A stretch of DNA of 64,000 nt from Bythopirellula sp. GTDB lineage: Bacteria; Planctomycetota; Planctomycetia; Pirellulales; Lacipirellulaceae. Positions 28,854 through 37,665 of this stretch are shown here, piece after piece (positions within the stretch are counted from its first letter, which is position 1; each line of letters begins with the position of its first letter). The notes under the pieces were generated by a model. That model did not search any database, was not told the DNA's origin, and saw only the letters and a program-made list of their open reading frames with translations. Location of the stretch: assembly GCA_965216565.1 (NCBI GenBank), contig OZ244170.1, positions 1,856,001 to 1,920,000 on the forward strand, written 5' to 3'. A program made the position numbers and the translations under genes.

Positions 28854-30008
28854 ATGCGAATTTCAAGCAAGAACGGATTTGGTTGGATGATTACGGATTT
28901 TAAGGATCGCATTCTCTCTCTGGTTGCGGCTCTTACAGTCTTTGTCTGTGCTTGCGTCAGTTCGGCCTATTCTCAACTGCCCGCTGGATTCGAGAATCTG
29001 CGCCTGAATGAAATCCAGGTGATTGGGAGCCACAACAGCTTCAAAGCTGCCATCGATCCGGTGCTCTTCGAGGCGATGTCAAGAGTTGTACCGGCATCTC
29101 GAGAACTGAATTACGCTCATCCACCGCTTACTGATCAGCTAAATCTCGGTTTGCTAAACCTAGAGCTGGATATTTACCACGATCCGAACGGCGGACTCTT
29201 CGCAGAACCATTGGGTTTGGCGATGGTTCGTGAATCTGGAAAGTCGCCTCAACCCTACGATCCGCAAGGAGAAATGCGGAAACCAGGATTCAAGGTGCTT
29301 CACGTCCCGGACATCGATTTTCGCTCAAACTGTTTGACCCTTTCCCACGCGCTTCGTGAACTTCGCGAGTGGTCTGAGGCAAACAGCAACCATCTTCCAG
29401 TGGTTATTACCGTCAATCTGTCGGACACCCCGATTCCCTTGCCGGGAAGCGTAAATCCGATTCGCTTTGATGAAGCAGCGCTCGAGGCACTGGATAGTCA
29501 ATTGCTCCGAGAATTGGGAGCAATGAAACTAATTATCCCTGATCAAGTGCGCGGTGATAAAGAAGATTTGGAATCGGCGATACTTCAAGACGGTTGGCCT
29601 AAGATTACGGAACTCACGGGGCGATTCATGTTCGTCCTAGACGATTTCGGACGGAAGCGCGACCTGTATGTGTCCGATCACCCGGGACTCCGCAATAGAG
29701 TTTTGTTTGTGAACAGTAGTCCCGGCAATCCCTACGCCGCCGTGATGATTCGCAACAATGCCCTCATTGAAAGCGAAGCCATTACGGACTTAGTGAATAG
29801 TGGCTATCTAGTCCGCACTCGGGCAGATTCAGGCACGCATGAAGCGAAATCCGGTGACTACTCCCGCTTTGAAGCTGCTAAGAAAAGCGGCGCCCAGATA
29901 ATTTCTACTGACTTCTATCTTGCCGATTGGCGCTTGAATCCTGGCTATCGTGTCCGCTTCGAGAAAGGAAAGTGTTTTCGGATCAATCCGGTTACCGGTG
30001 ACCGTTAG
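28854..30008 (+). CDS. Secreted Ca2+-dependent phosphoinositide phospholipase C-like protein (PI-PLC-C1 type)
   Basis: LRLNEIQVIGSHNSFK, LELDIYHDP, GFKVLHVPDIDFRSNC, GYLVRTRAD, SGAQIISTDF; signal peptide. Confidence 0.88.
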   Translation: MRISSKNGFGWMITDFKDRILSLVAALTVFVCACVSSAYSQLPAGFENLRLNEIQVIGSHNSFKAAIDPVLFEAMSRVVPASRELNYAHPPLTDQLNLGLLNLELDIYHDPNGGLFAEPLGLAMVRESGKSPQPYDPQGEMRKPGFKVLHVPDIDFRSNCLTLSHALRELREWSEANSNHLPVVITVNLSDTPIPLPGSVNPIRFDEAALEALDSQLLRELGAMKLIIPDQVRGDKEDLESAILQDGWPKITELTGRFMFVLDDFGRKRDLYVSDHPGLRNRVLFVNSSPGNPYAAVMIRNNALIESEAITDLVNSGYLVRTRADSGTHEAKSGDYSRFEAAKKSGAQIISTDFYLADWRLNPGYRVRFEKGKCFRINPVTGDR

Positions 30009-30045
30009 TCTTACTGATTGTGCGTCTGACCCAATCTTCGATCGA

Positions 30046-31080
30046 TTAGTGACAAGAATTCGCTCTCAATCTCGGCGTTAGCAACAAGACTCCTACGACT
30101 AGCAGGCAAATACTTGTTGGCTCCGGCACGCTGGATAAGCCACTCGCAAGAGGTCCTGGCGATGCATAGTGCGTTTCCCACTCGGTCAGGTCGTCCATGC
30201 TGAGGGCGTTGGGAGAATTCCCGGTCTGCCACTCTAGAAAATCCAACCCATCGACGCGGCCATTCGTATCGAAGTCGCCGAACAGGGCATGTGAAAACAT
30301 CCAGTCGTAGACAGCCGGTGTGTTGTAGACAGGCCCCCAAATAAAGTGATTCCCGGTTGGGAACTCCGTGTACTTCAACGGTATTTCAGTACTCTCGTAT
30401 TCGAGTAGCGTCGTCGTATCGCCATCGGAAGGGTAAGAAGGAGAAGGCTCCCCTGCCGAGGAGAGAATGCTATTAACAACGCCTCGAGTCACGTTCTTAG
30501 AGACAATTCCATCATCACGAGCATGAAACGCCCACGTCGGTATCGTTGAAAGAGTCTGGGGATCAAAATCACCCGCCGGTGAAACGCCAGCGATAGGAAC
30601 CGTGGCGGCAATTCTATTGGGATACCGACTTGCAATACTCCAGGTGCCGCCCCCACCCATCGATAAGCCGGTCACATAGAACCGCGTTTGATCTGCATTC
30701 TGTGTCGCGAGCAGTTGATCGATCATCGACATGACGTTGGTGGTCCGCGTCACGTTGTTCCAATTGAAGATGCCCCCTACTACGGTGGTCGCTTGCGGTG
30801 CATAGAGAAATGCTCCCCGGTCCTTTGCTGCAGTCAGCAGATTGTCGATGTTGCCGTTTATTTGAGCTAGATTGTCGCTACCAGACTCTCCAGCACCATG
30901 CAGAAATAAGATCACAGGTCGCGCAGAATCACTTGCTTCGGGAGGGACGTAAAGCCTTCCCGGCAAATCGACCTGGCTAAAGTCGATAAACTCATTCGGA
31001 TCTGCCGCAAACGCTGAGCCGCAGAGGAGCACATTTGCGAATATCAGTATGGAGTATTTGCTTGAAAGCATACGCATCAA
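30046..31080 (-). CDS. Alpha/beta-hydrolase (esterase/peptidase) with dockerin-like motif and PEP-CTERM
   Basis: FLHGAGESGSDN, GLSMGG nucleophile elbow, WAFHARDD, GNH; VPEPTS tail. Confidence 0.9.
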   Translation of the reverse strand: MMRMLSSKYSILIFANVLLCGSAFAADPNEFIDFSQVDLPGRLYVPPEASDSARPVILFLHGAGESGSDNLAQINGNIDNLLTAAKDRGAFLYAPQATTVVGGIFNWNNVTRTTNVMSMIDQLLATQNADQTRFYVTGLSMGGGGTWSIASRYPNRIAATVPIAGVSPAGDFDPQTLSTIPTWAFHARDDGIVSKNVTRGVVNSILSSAGEPSPSYPSDGDTTTLLEYESTEIPLKYTEFPTGNHFIWGPVYNTPAVYDWMFSHALFGDFDTNGRVDGLDFLEWQTGNSPNALSMDDLTEWETHYASPGPLASGLSSVPEPTSICLLVVGVLLLTPRLRANSCH

Positions 31081-31463
31081 TCAGAGTCCTCAGATTACAC
31101 ACTCTAATCACCAGACGGATAACTAGACAGCAATTTCATTTAAGAGTTCGACAGGCTATCACAATCTTGCTGGGACGCACCCATGGAGATTCTCAACAGA
31201 CTAGTATACCAAATGCTAATAACAACCAGGCCTGGCAATTGTAATTCACCCAAACAAGCTCCCCGCTTCACCACGGTTGCTGGTTCACTAATGGCAGAGG
31301 AAGTCGACTTGGGTTCCCCGCCGAACCTTTCACCTAGCGAACCGATAGAGCACGAGCGGTACCGCTCGTACTCGCCCAGACATTTCGGCGACGTATGTGC
31401 TTAAGAACTCTACTTGTCAGTAAATCCCCACCGCAGATCAACGTGGTCGTAGACCGAACAGAA

Positions 31464-32543
31464 TCAAGAAAATAGGCGGCGTCGGCAAGGAAATGATACG
31501 AGAGCCACCACCAGATAGTAGGCCGAGACAGGTTCCGGAACCACAACTTGGGTAGCGAGCACAGGAGTTTGTGTTCCATAGGCAGCCTCCCAATCGCTCA
31601 ATTCCGAACCGCTCCAGGGGTCGGATGAGCGCGTCTGCTGCCACTCTAAGAAGTCAAGGCCATCGACATCGCTGTCCCGGTTGAAATCCCCCCCCAGGCT
31701 GGGCAGGTGTGCTAGTGGCAGTTCTTTCAGGAAGTAGCCCATAGAACGCAGGTGCTCCAAGTGTGCATCCCCGTCCGCTCCAGTAGCTCCCCACAATTGA
31801 AACTGGCCACTCTTGGCGTGACGGTAGATATCGAGCGTGCCCAGGCCATCAATCGAAACAGAGTTGGCCGCTATCCCTAGATGTTGCATCAGCTCGTCGC
31901 CAGTCTCCTTGGTGTTCTCATAGGTGAAGGTCAATACTTGCGAATGGCTGAAGAGAAAGGTCTTTAGGCCTGCTTGTGCCTGGCTGGCAAAATTTTTGTA
32001 GTCGACCATTTGTGAATCGAGCGGTGTGCCATCGCCGGCTGTTGTGGCATAGAGTGAATCTGCGGCCAGAAGGGCATCGATTTCACTGACATAGCCTGGA
32101 CTCTTTAATATCTCCCTGACTGCGCCATAACCAGCACTGAACGACGACACGCCAATTTGATCCCACTGCAGTCCGCTGGAGAAGTCGGGCTCTGAGCGTA
32201 CGAGTGTCAACGCTTCGCTCATAAGCGACTGAAACAGACGAGAATTAGAAAAAGGGGTCGAGTAAGCGCTCGATAACCCGCCATAATTCACGGTCACGAT
32301 AATCGCGTTCAGGTTGGCATACAGCGAATTATTCCAGACCGTCTGTGGATCACCGTGGAAATGAAACAGAACGTCTGCCACATCGCCTGGTCTCTCCTGA
32401 AAGGTACTGGGGATGAATACCTTCCAGGCAGGGTTACTCAGCGGAAGTTCCCGCCCAGTGGCTGTAGGTAACTGCGCGGACCCGCACTGGGCCATCAGCA
32501 GCCATACCAAGAGTACCGTCAGACAACGATTCAACGTACGCAT
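31464..32543 (-). CDS. Putative alpha/beta-hydrolase-fold protein with dockerin-like motif and PEP-CTERM
   Basis: FHFHG, SSFSAGYGAVREIL, ADSLY; GDFNRDSDVDGLDFLEWQ; VPEP tail. Confidence 0.8.
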   Translation of the reverse strand: MRTLNRCLTVLLVWLLMAQCGSAQLPTATGRELPLSNPAWKVFIPSTFQERPGDVADVLFHFHGDPQTVWNNSLYANLNAIIVTVNYGGLSSAYSTPFSNSRLFQSLMSEALTLVRSEPDFSSGLQWDQIGVSSFSAGYGAVREILKSPGYVSEIDALLAADSLYATTAGDGTPLDSQMVDYKNFASQAQAGLKTFLFSHSQVLTFTYENTKETGDELMQHLGIAANSVSIDGLGTLDIYRHAKSGQFQLWGATGADGDAHLEHLRSMGYFLKELPLAHLPSLGGDFNRDSDVDGLDFLEWQQTRSSDPWSGSELSDWEAAYGTQTPVLATQVVVPEPVSAYYLVVALVSFPCRRRLFS

Positions 32544-32982
32544 AGAAACGGTAGACCTTTTGCTGAGGGCCCTAAGCTAAGAATCACTTCTATAGAGCCG
32601 CGAGTCCCATAACCATTTGCCAATCGCATGGCCCAGCTCGGTGTGAACTTTATTGTAGCCAGCACAATCGTTCCTGCGACTAGTTGGCAGCCCTTTCATG
32701 ATAATATCCCTCGCAGGAAGGCGGAATGTGGGGGGGACTCCGATCCTCCCCTTGGAGAGTCCGGGAGTTACGCTCTACCCGCCGAAATCTACGACGCTAC
32801 GACACCCGTGGGTGATGAAAGAAATGAAGTACCTAACAGTGGTTCTGACGCACTCCACCAGGAACGGATGTTGAGCATACTAGCGAACTGCAGTGAGTGA
32901 TCTAAATTACCACTTGCTTGTGGGCTGATCCTTTAATTGATCTTGTCCCCCAAGAGAATTGCAACCAGCTGATATCGGATGG

Positions 32983-33753
32983 TCAATCCGTGATGAGTTT
33001 CGTAGGACCTCCCTTAAGCGGTGGGCCAAGATCGATCTTCAGAGGGTCATGATCGAGCACTTGAGACACCCAGCCGCTGAAGATTTTTGGCTCCCCCTCA
33101 AAATACCTCGCGAAGTCGCGGCCTGGGCAGGAGGTCTGCCCTTTGGCAACGTCTTGGTGAGTGCTGATAGCTTTCAGAGGTAGATCATGCTCTGACAAAA
33201 TCCAAGCAACCAGTCTAACAGCTGATTCGACTTGCTCTGGGCTGGGACGCTGCTTCTCGAAATTGCCCATGAGTTCGACACCAATATGCCCTGCTAGGTC
33301 ATACTTGGTATTGGACTCTGGTTCGTATTCCATTGGCCTGCCTTCGAAAACTCTCCCATCAGGAGCAATCAGAAAATGATAGGGCAGGTCAGGCCAATAA
33401 GTATTTCGCGGTGGCTCCTCTATCTCAGGGCGCCGCTTCCCCCATGTCTGCATGTTGCGGATAAATTCAACTGGATCACGGTCATTAGTCCACATTACCG
33501 CCGCATGGTGAAGAGTAACGTATTTGGGCGTGTGCCTGCGATCTTTGGGAATAGGATCCGGCCGCGAGCCCCATTGCTTGGCAGAAATGAATTTTGGTGG
33601 CCGGGGTACCTTCTCTTTTTTTGTTGGCTCAGACCCAATTCCAGTTCTGAGGGGCAATAAGCTAGTAACAATTGATAGTACGATTAAATACTTAAGCACC
33701 GTGGTGACCTGACTGGTCAATTCAAATCGGATTCGGTGGATAGATACAATCAT
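32983..33753 (-). CDS. N-acetylmuramoyl-L-alanine amidase (Amidase_2/PGRP family)
   Basis: TLHH, YHFLIAPDGRVFEGR, IGVELMGNF, THQDV...TSCPG (His/His/Cys Zn ligands). Start uncertain. Confidence 0.9.
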   Translation of the reverse strand: MIVSIHRIRFELTSQVTTVLKYLIVLSIVTSLLPLRTGIGSEPTKKEKVPRPPKFISAKQWGSRPDPIPKDRRHTPKYVTLHHAAVMWTNDRDPVEFIRNMQTWGKRRPEIEEPPRNTYWPDLPYHFLIAPDGRVFEGRPMEYEPESNTKYDLAGHIGVELMGNFEKQRPSPEQVESAVRLVAWILSEHDLPLKAISTHQDVAKGQTSCPGRDFARYFEGEPKIFSGWVSQVLDHDPLKIDLGPPLKGGPTKLITD

Positions 33754-33874
33754 AGAGCAGATTATAGCAAGGTTATGTGAAAGGCCGAGTGGGCGTAACT
33801 ACAGACCATTGTCACTGAATTGATAACGCCCGCCAAATGCCCTAGTCACGGGAGAACCCAAAAACAACTTTAGG

Positions 33875-33953
33875 TGAGCCGATGGCGCTAGCCGCGGGTA
33901 GCGTAAGTCTACGTGTTGTTCTGATGCTACCTGACGCTAGCGCGTTCGGCTCA
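33875..33953. repeat. REP-like palindromic element
   Basis: tgagccgatggcgctagccgcgggtagc ... gctacctgacgctagcgcgttcggctca imperfect inverted repeat, intergenic. Confidence 0.7.
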
Positions 33954-34294
33954 TTGGCTTTGAAACAGCCTCAAGGAGAACTTGGGCCAGCACCCTGCGG
34001 TCTTTTATGGTCTTGGGCTAGTTTGAACAACGAATAGATAACACCTCCCACAGCTACAGGCATATTGCAGATCAAGGATTATCAGGTATCGTAGCAATTT
34101 GACCCTTAGGGCTTTCGGCCAGAATGCACAGCGCTCCGCTGGAGTCACTTACTCTAACGAAGTCTAATAGGACGTATACTATTTCCTAGTCGAGGGATGC
34201 GCGCAGCGATACGCCCCATCGATTAGGCTAAACGTCACCGGGAGAATCTTTCTACGCATTCTGCGTTAGCCTTGTACTGGGAGCCTCGTCCGCC

Positions 34295-34564
34295 GTGCCT
34301 GAAATTTCTTTCACCACTCACCTACAGCGCCATCTGGAATGTGGCATTTTGGAAGCTAAAGGCGAGACGGTAAGAGAAGCCTTGGAGAGTGTTTTCCAAT
34401 TACACCCCGACATGCGCAGCTATCTGCTCGACGATCAGGGGGCGGTCCGTCAGCATGTGATGATTTTTCACGATAACAAACCTATTGCCGATCGTCAGGC
34501 GCTAAGCGATCCAGTTCAATCACACAGCAAGCTGTACATCATGCAAGCTCTTTCCGGCGGCTAG
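34295..34564 (+). CDS. MoaD/ThiS family ubiquitin-like protein
   Basis: 89 aa; GETVREAL..F..HP.MR.YLLDDQG.VR.HV; C-terminal ALSGG. Confidence 0.92.
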   Translation: MPEISFTTHLQRHLECGILEAKGETVREALESVFQLHPDMRSYLLDDQGAVRQHVMIFHDNKPIADRQALSDPVQSHSKLYIMQALSGG

Positions 34565-34591
34565 CCCACTGACTTTTTGGAGATCACGATT

Positions 34592-35710
34592 ATGTCTGAT
34601 CGGTTTTATGTTGGTTCGCGAAAAGGGCTACTTGAATATCAAAAGCAGGATGGGCAGTGGCAGAATACAAAAGTTCATTTCCTGGGCGACCCGGTTTCGA
34701 TACTGTTGCCAGCGGACGACGGCACTTTGTATGCCGGGCTAGACCTTGGCCACTTTGGTGCAAAACTCCGTCGACTTCGACCAGGAGCCACCGAATGGGA
34801 GGAATGCGCGGCGCCAACCTTTCCCGAAGGCGCGACGGTCAGCGACGGCCCGCCCCTCGATGAGAACACGCCACCAAATACGAAACCCGCCAGCCTGGAT
34901 GAGATTTGGGCGTTGGAGACGGGTGGTGCGGATAAGCCCGGCGTATTGTGGGCCGGAACGATACCCGGCGGGCTGTTTCGCTCCGACGACCAGGGGGACT
35001 CTTGGCAGTTGAACGAGTCTCTATGGAATCGCGACGAGCGCTGCCGTTGGTTTGGTGGCGGCAAAGACTCACCAGGGATTCATTCCATCTGCGTCGATCC
35101 ACGCGACACCAACGACATCGTTCTCGGCATTTCCTGTGGTGGAGTTTGGAAGTCAGACGATGCGGGACAAACATGGCGCAACGACTCGCAAGGCATTCGC
35201 GCCAACTACATGCCGCCAGACTTGGCTTACGACCCCGTCAATCAAGACCCCCATCGCTTAGTGCAATGCCCGACTGATCCCGATACGATGTGGATCCAAC
35301 ATCACAACGGTGTTTTTCTGTCGCGCGACCGTGGCGCAAACTGGCAAGAACTGGAGACGCCTAAGCCCTCAGTTTTTGGCTTCGCTGTGGTCGTTCATCC
35401 CCACGATGCCAACACCGCCTGGATCGTGCCAGCCATCAAAGACGAAGTGCGTGTGCCGGTTGATAATCGGTTTGTCGTCTCACGAACTCGTGACGGCGGC
35501 GAATCGTTTGAAGTGCTCGACTACGGGCTTCCTCAGGGGGACGCCTTCGACATTGTGTTTCGCCACGCGCTAGATATCGACAACAGTGGCAACCGACTTG
35601 TAATGGGCTCTTCCACTGGTGGACTTTGGTTGACTGAAGACGGAGGTGACTCCTGGGGCTCGCTGTCACAAAACCTGGCACCGATCTATTGCGTGCGGTT
35701 TGCTCCTTAG
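34592..35710 (+). CDS. BNR/Asp-box beta-propeller protein (sialidase-like fold)
   Basis: Repeated SDDQGDSW, SDDAGQTW, SRDRGANW, TRDGGESF, TEDGGDSW; no signal peptide; ATG 34592 with GGAG. Confidence 0.9.
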   Translation: MSDRFYVGSRKGLLEYQKQDGQWQNTKVHFLGDPVSILLPADDGTLYAGLDLGHFGAKLRRLRPGATEWEECAAPTFPEGATVSDGPPLDENTPPNTKPASLDEIWALETGGADKPGVLWAGTIPGGLFRSDDQGDSWQLNESLWNRDERCRWFGGGKDSPGIHSICVDPRDTNDIVLGISCGGVWKSDDAGQTWRNDSQGIRANYMPPDLAYDPVNQDPHRLVQCPTDPDTMWIQHHNGVFLSRDRGANWQELETPKPSVFGFAVVVHPHDANTAWIVPAIKDEVRVPVDNRFVVSRTRDGGESFEVLDYGLPQGDAFDIVFRHALDIDNSGNRLVMGSSTGGLWLTEDGGDSWGSLSQNLAPIYCVRFAP

Positions 35711-35829
35711 TCCGCTTCACATTCGCTCTATTCACGGTCGAATACGGAGTTTCTTGATCGCAAAGATTGAACTCGATATCCTACTTATTAGCTTGGAATT
35801 CACTTTCTGCACGCTAACGGAGTTGACTC

Positions 35830-37281
35830 ATGAACTCGAATCGCCTTTCAGTTTCCATCCTAAGTCTAGCTCTGGTCTTCGTCGTCTCCTCTGTCTCTCC
35901 GGGTCAAATTCTATCGGACGGCGAGTTTCAAGCCGTCAATTTTACGAGCAGTACTCCCACAGTTTCTTCCGGTACTCCCATCACGGCCCTGTCAGATATT
36001 CGATTTAACATTGACTACAGCAATATCGATGTCTTCGGCAATGGATTCACTGTCGTTAACTTACCTGAGGCACCAAACTCGGATCCCAACGATACAAGCA
36101 CGACCGGAGTTTTTCTCTCTGCCAATAACGATTCGAACACTCCGTTTGGCACAGCCTCTTTCGCGTCCATTTCGCCTCTTGGCTTGCTGGTAGGCGAGGG
36201 TACCGCGACGCCAAATTACCGGATGTCCGTCGATATTTTCCACAGCACGGGCACCGGCTTGCTTGATCCCAATGGCCAGCTGATCAGTCAATCGGGAACA
36301 ACCAACTATAGTCTGCTGGGACTCAACCAAACGAACCCCATCGTCCAAGTAGAGGATTTGAATGCACCCGGTGGTGGAGAGAATCTCGCCGGGCAAGGAT
36401 TGGGCCTGGCAATTACTGCCGATGGAGGTGCGGCTGAAGACTACATGCCAGTCTACGGCGGTGCTTTGTACAGGGACCGCGGCGGGAATTCCGACCTGGG
36501 GGAGGCTTATCGAGGAGTCCCTGACCCGAACACCGGTAGCGTTGTTGCTTACGGAAATGTAGGCCTTGCGGGAACTTTGATAAACAGGTTGTGGCTCGAC
36601 CAAGGTTTGGGGTTTGAAATCGACGATCCTACAATTAGCCCCCCGGACCCCAACAATCCTTTGCGATTAAATCGATTTACAGGAAACTCCCAGTTCTTCT
36701 CGCCGGATCCTAATAATTTGGCAGGCTACGACTTGGATGACCCAAATATCGTTGCCATCTCCCCCTACGCTGACACGCTGATCGAGGCGACGGGTGTGCC
36801 GACTCATTTGAGTGGAGATTTTCAAACCTTGGAAGGAACACTCCGCCCGAACGAAGACGGTGTAAGAGAAGGCGTCGTTTCCAATCGCTGGGCCACCCAC
36901 AATTTGTACTGGATCGACGGGCAGTTTACGTATGTCATTGACGGCGTTCCCGTACTTCAGTTCACTCCCGACAACGACGGATTGAACGGCGACGACAATG
37001 TTTACGACGATTTCAGCGACTCAGGATCTGTGGTACTCGGCTTTTTCGACCGTTTCAGTTCCATCGCAATTAGTCCAGAAGGCGCCAATTTTGTGGTGTA
37101 CGACAATTTAGTAGTCGAAGCCGCGGCGTCCGGCGACGCCCCCAATCTACTAGGCTTCTATAAGAATCAGGGGTTTCTGCCAGATTCAGCCATCGTCCCG
37201 GAGCCTGCAGCCGCTAGCCTTCTAATTCTCGGGGGTGGGTGGGTCGTGCTCGGCGGTCGAAGGCTTCGCTCTCTGAAGTAG
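35830..37281 (+). CDS. PEP-CTERM surface protein, unknown function
   Basis: Signal peptide; Asp/Gly-rich beta-type sequence; VPEPAAASLLILGGGWVVLGGRRLR. Confidence 0.88.
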   Translation: MNSNRLSVSILSLALVFVVSSVSPGQILSDGEFQAVNFTSSTPTVSSGTPITALSDIRFNIDYSNIDVFGNGFTVVNLPEAPNSDPNDTSTTGVFLSANNDSNTPFGTASFASISPLGLLVGEGTATPNYRMSVDIFHSTGTGLLDPNGQLISQSGTTNYSLLGLNQTNPIVQVEDLNAPGGGENLAGQGLGLAITADGGAAEDYMPVYGGALYRDRGGNSDLGEAYRGVPDPNTGSVVAYGNVGLAGTLINRLWLDQGLGFEIDDPTISPPDPNNPLRLNRFTGNSQFFSPDPNNLAGYDLDDPNIVAISPYADTLIEATGVPTHLSGDFQTLEGTLRPNEDGVREGVVSNRWATHNLYWIDGQFTYVIDGVPVLQFTPDNDGLNGDDNVYDDFSDSGSVVLGFFDRFSSIAISPEGANFVVYDNLVVEAAASGDAPNLLGFYKNQGFLPDSAIVPEPAAASLLILGGGWVVLGGRRLRSLK

Positions 37282-37462
37282 CAACTGCCAAGCCTTCATC
37301 ACCGATTCTATCGGTTGTAACAATTCTATTGCGCCCTCGCCTGGAAGACTTGCCACGGGCGAGACATCAATCTTCGTACGTCCTCCGTTCTCGACCTATC
37401 GTTGAGATGAGAGTCTACGCGCTCAGTGCGACCCCCGCGTCAAGAATTGAAGGACATCCCCA

Positions 37463-37633
37463 ATGAATAACAGTCTGTTTTCAAACCTCGGAACCTGGTT
37501 TCAAAGTATGCTCGCCGAAACTTGGAATTGGTTCAATAGCCTGCACTATCAGGAGTGGTTCCTGCTGTTAGGGATCATTGCTGCACTGGGATTCCTGTGT
37601 ATGCGCGGCTATGGCTCCAGAGGTCGTATCTAA
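37463..37633 (+). CDS. Small membrane protein (56 aa), below ORF-track cutoff
   Basis: GAAGGA RBS; MNNSLFSNLGTWFQSMLAETWNWFNSLHYQEWFLLLGIIAALGFLCMRGYGSRGRI*; amphipathic segment plus TM helix. Confidence 0.75.
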   Translation: MNNSLFSNLGTWFQSMLAETWNWFNSLHYQEWFLLLGIIAALGFLCMRGYGSRGRI

Positions 37634-37665
37634 TCTTGCTTCAAGACCCACAGCCAGAGTAACGA

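Noticed and set aside
32628..32900. 90-aa plus-strand ORF and small hairpin ggactc/gagtcc
   Set aside because: No recognisable motif, RBS or RNA family; insufficient support.
34592..35710. Calling the propeller a true sialidase
   Set aside because: Only Asp-boxes are seen; no RIP motif or signal peptide.
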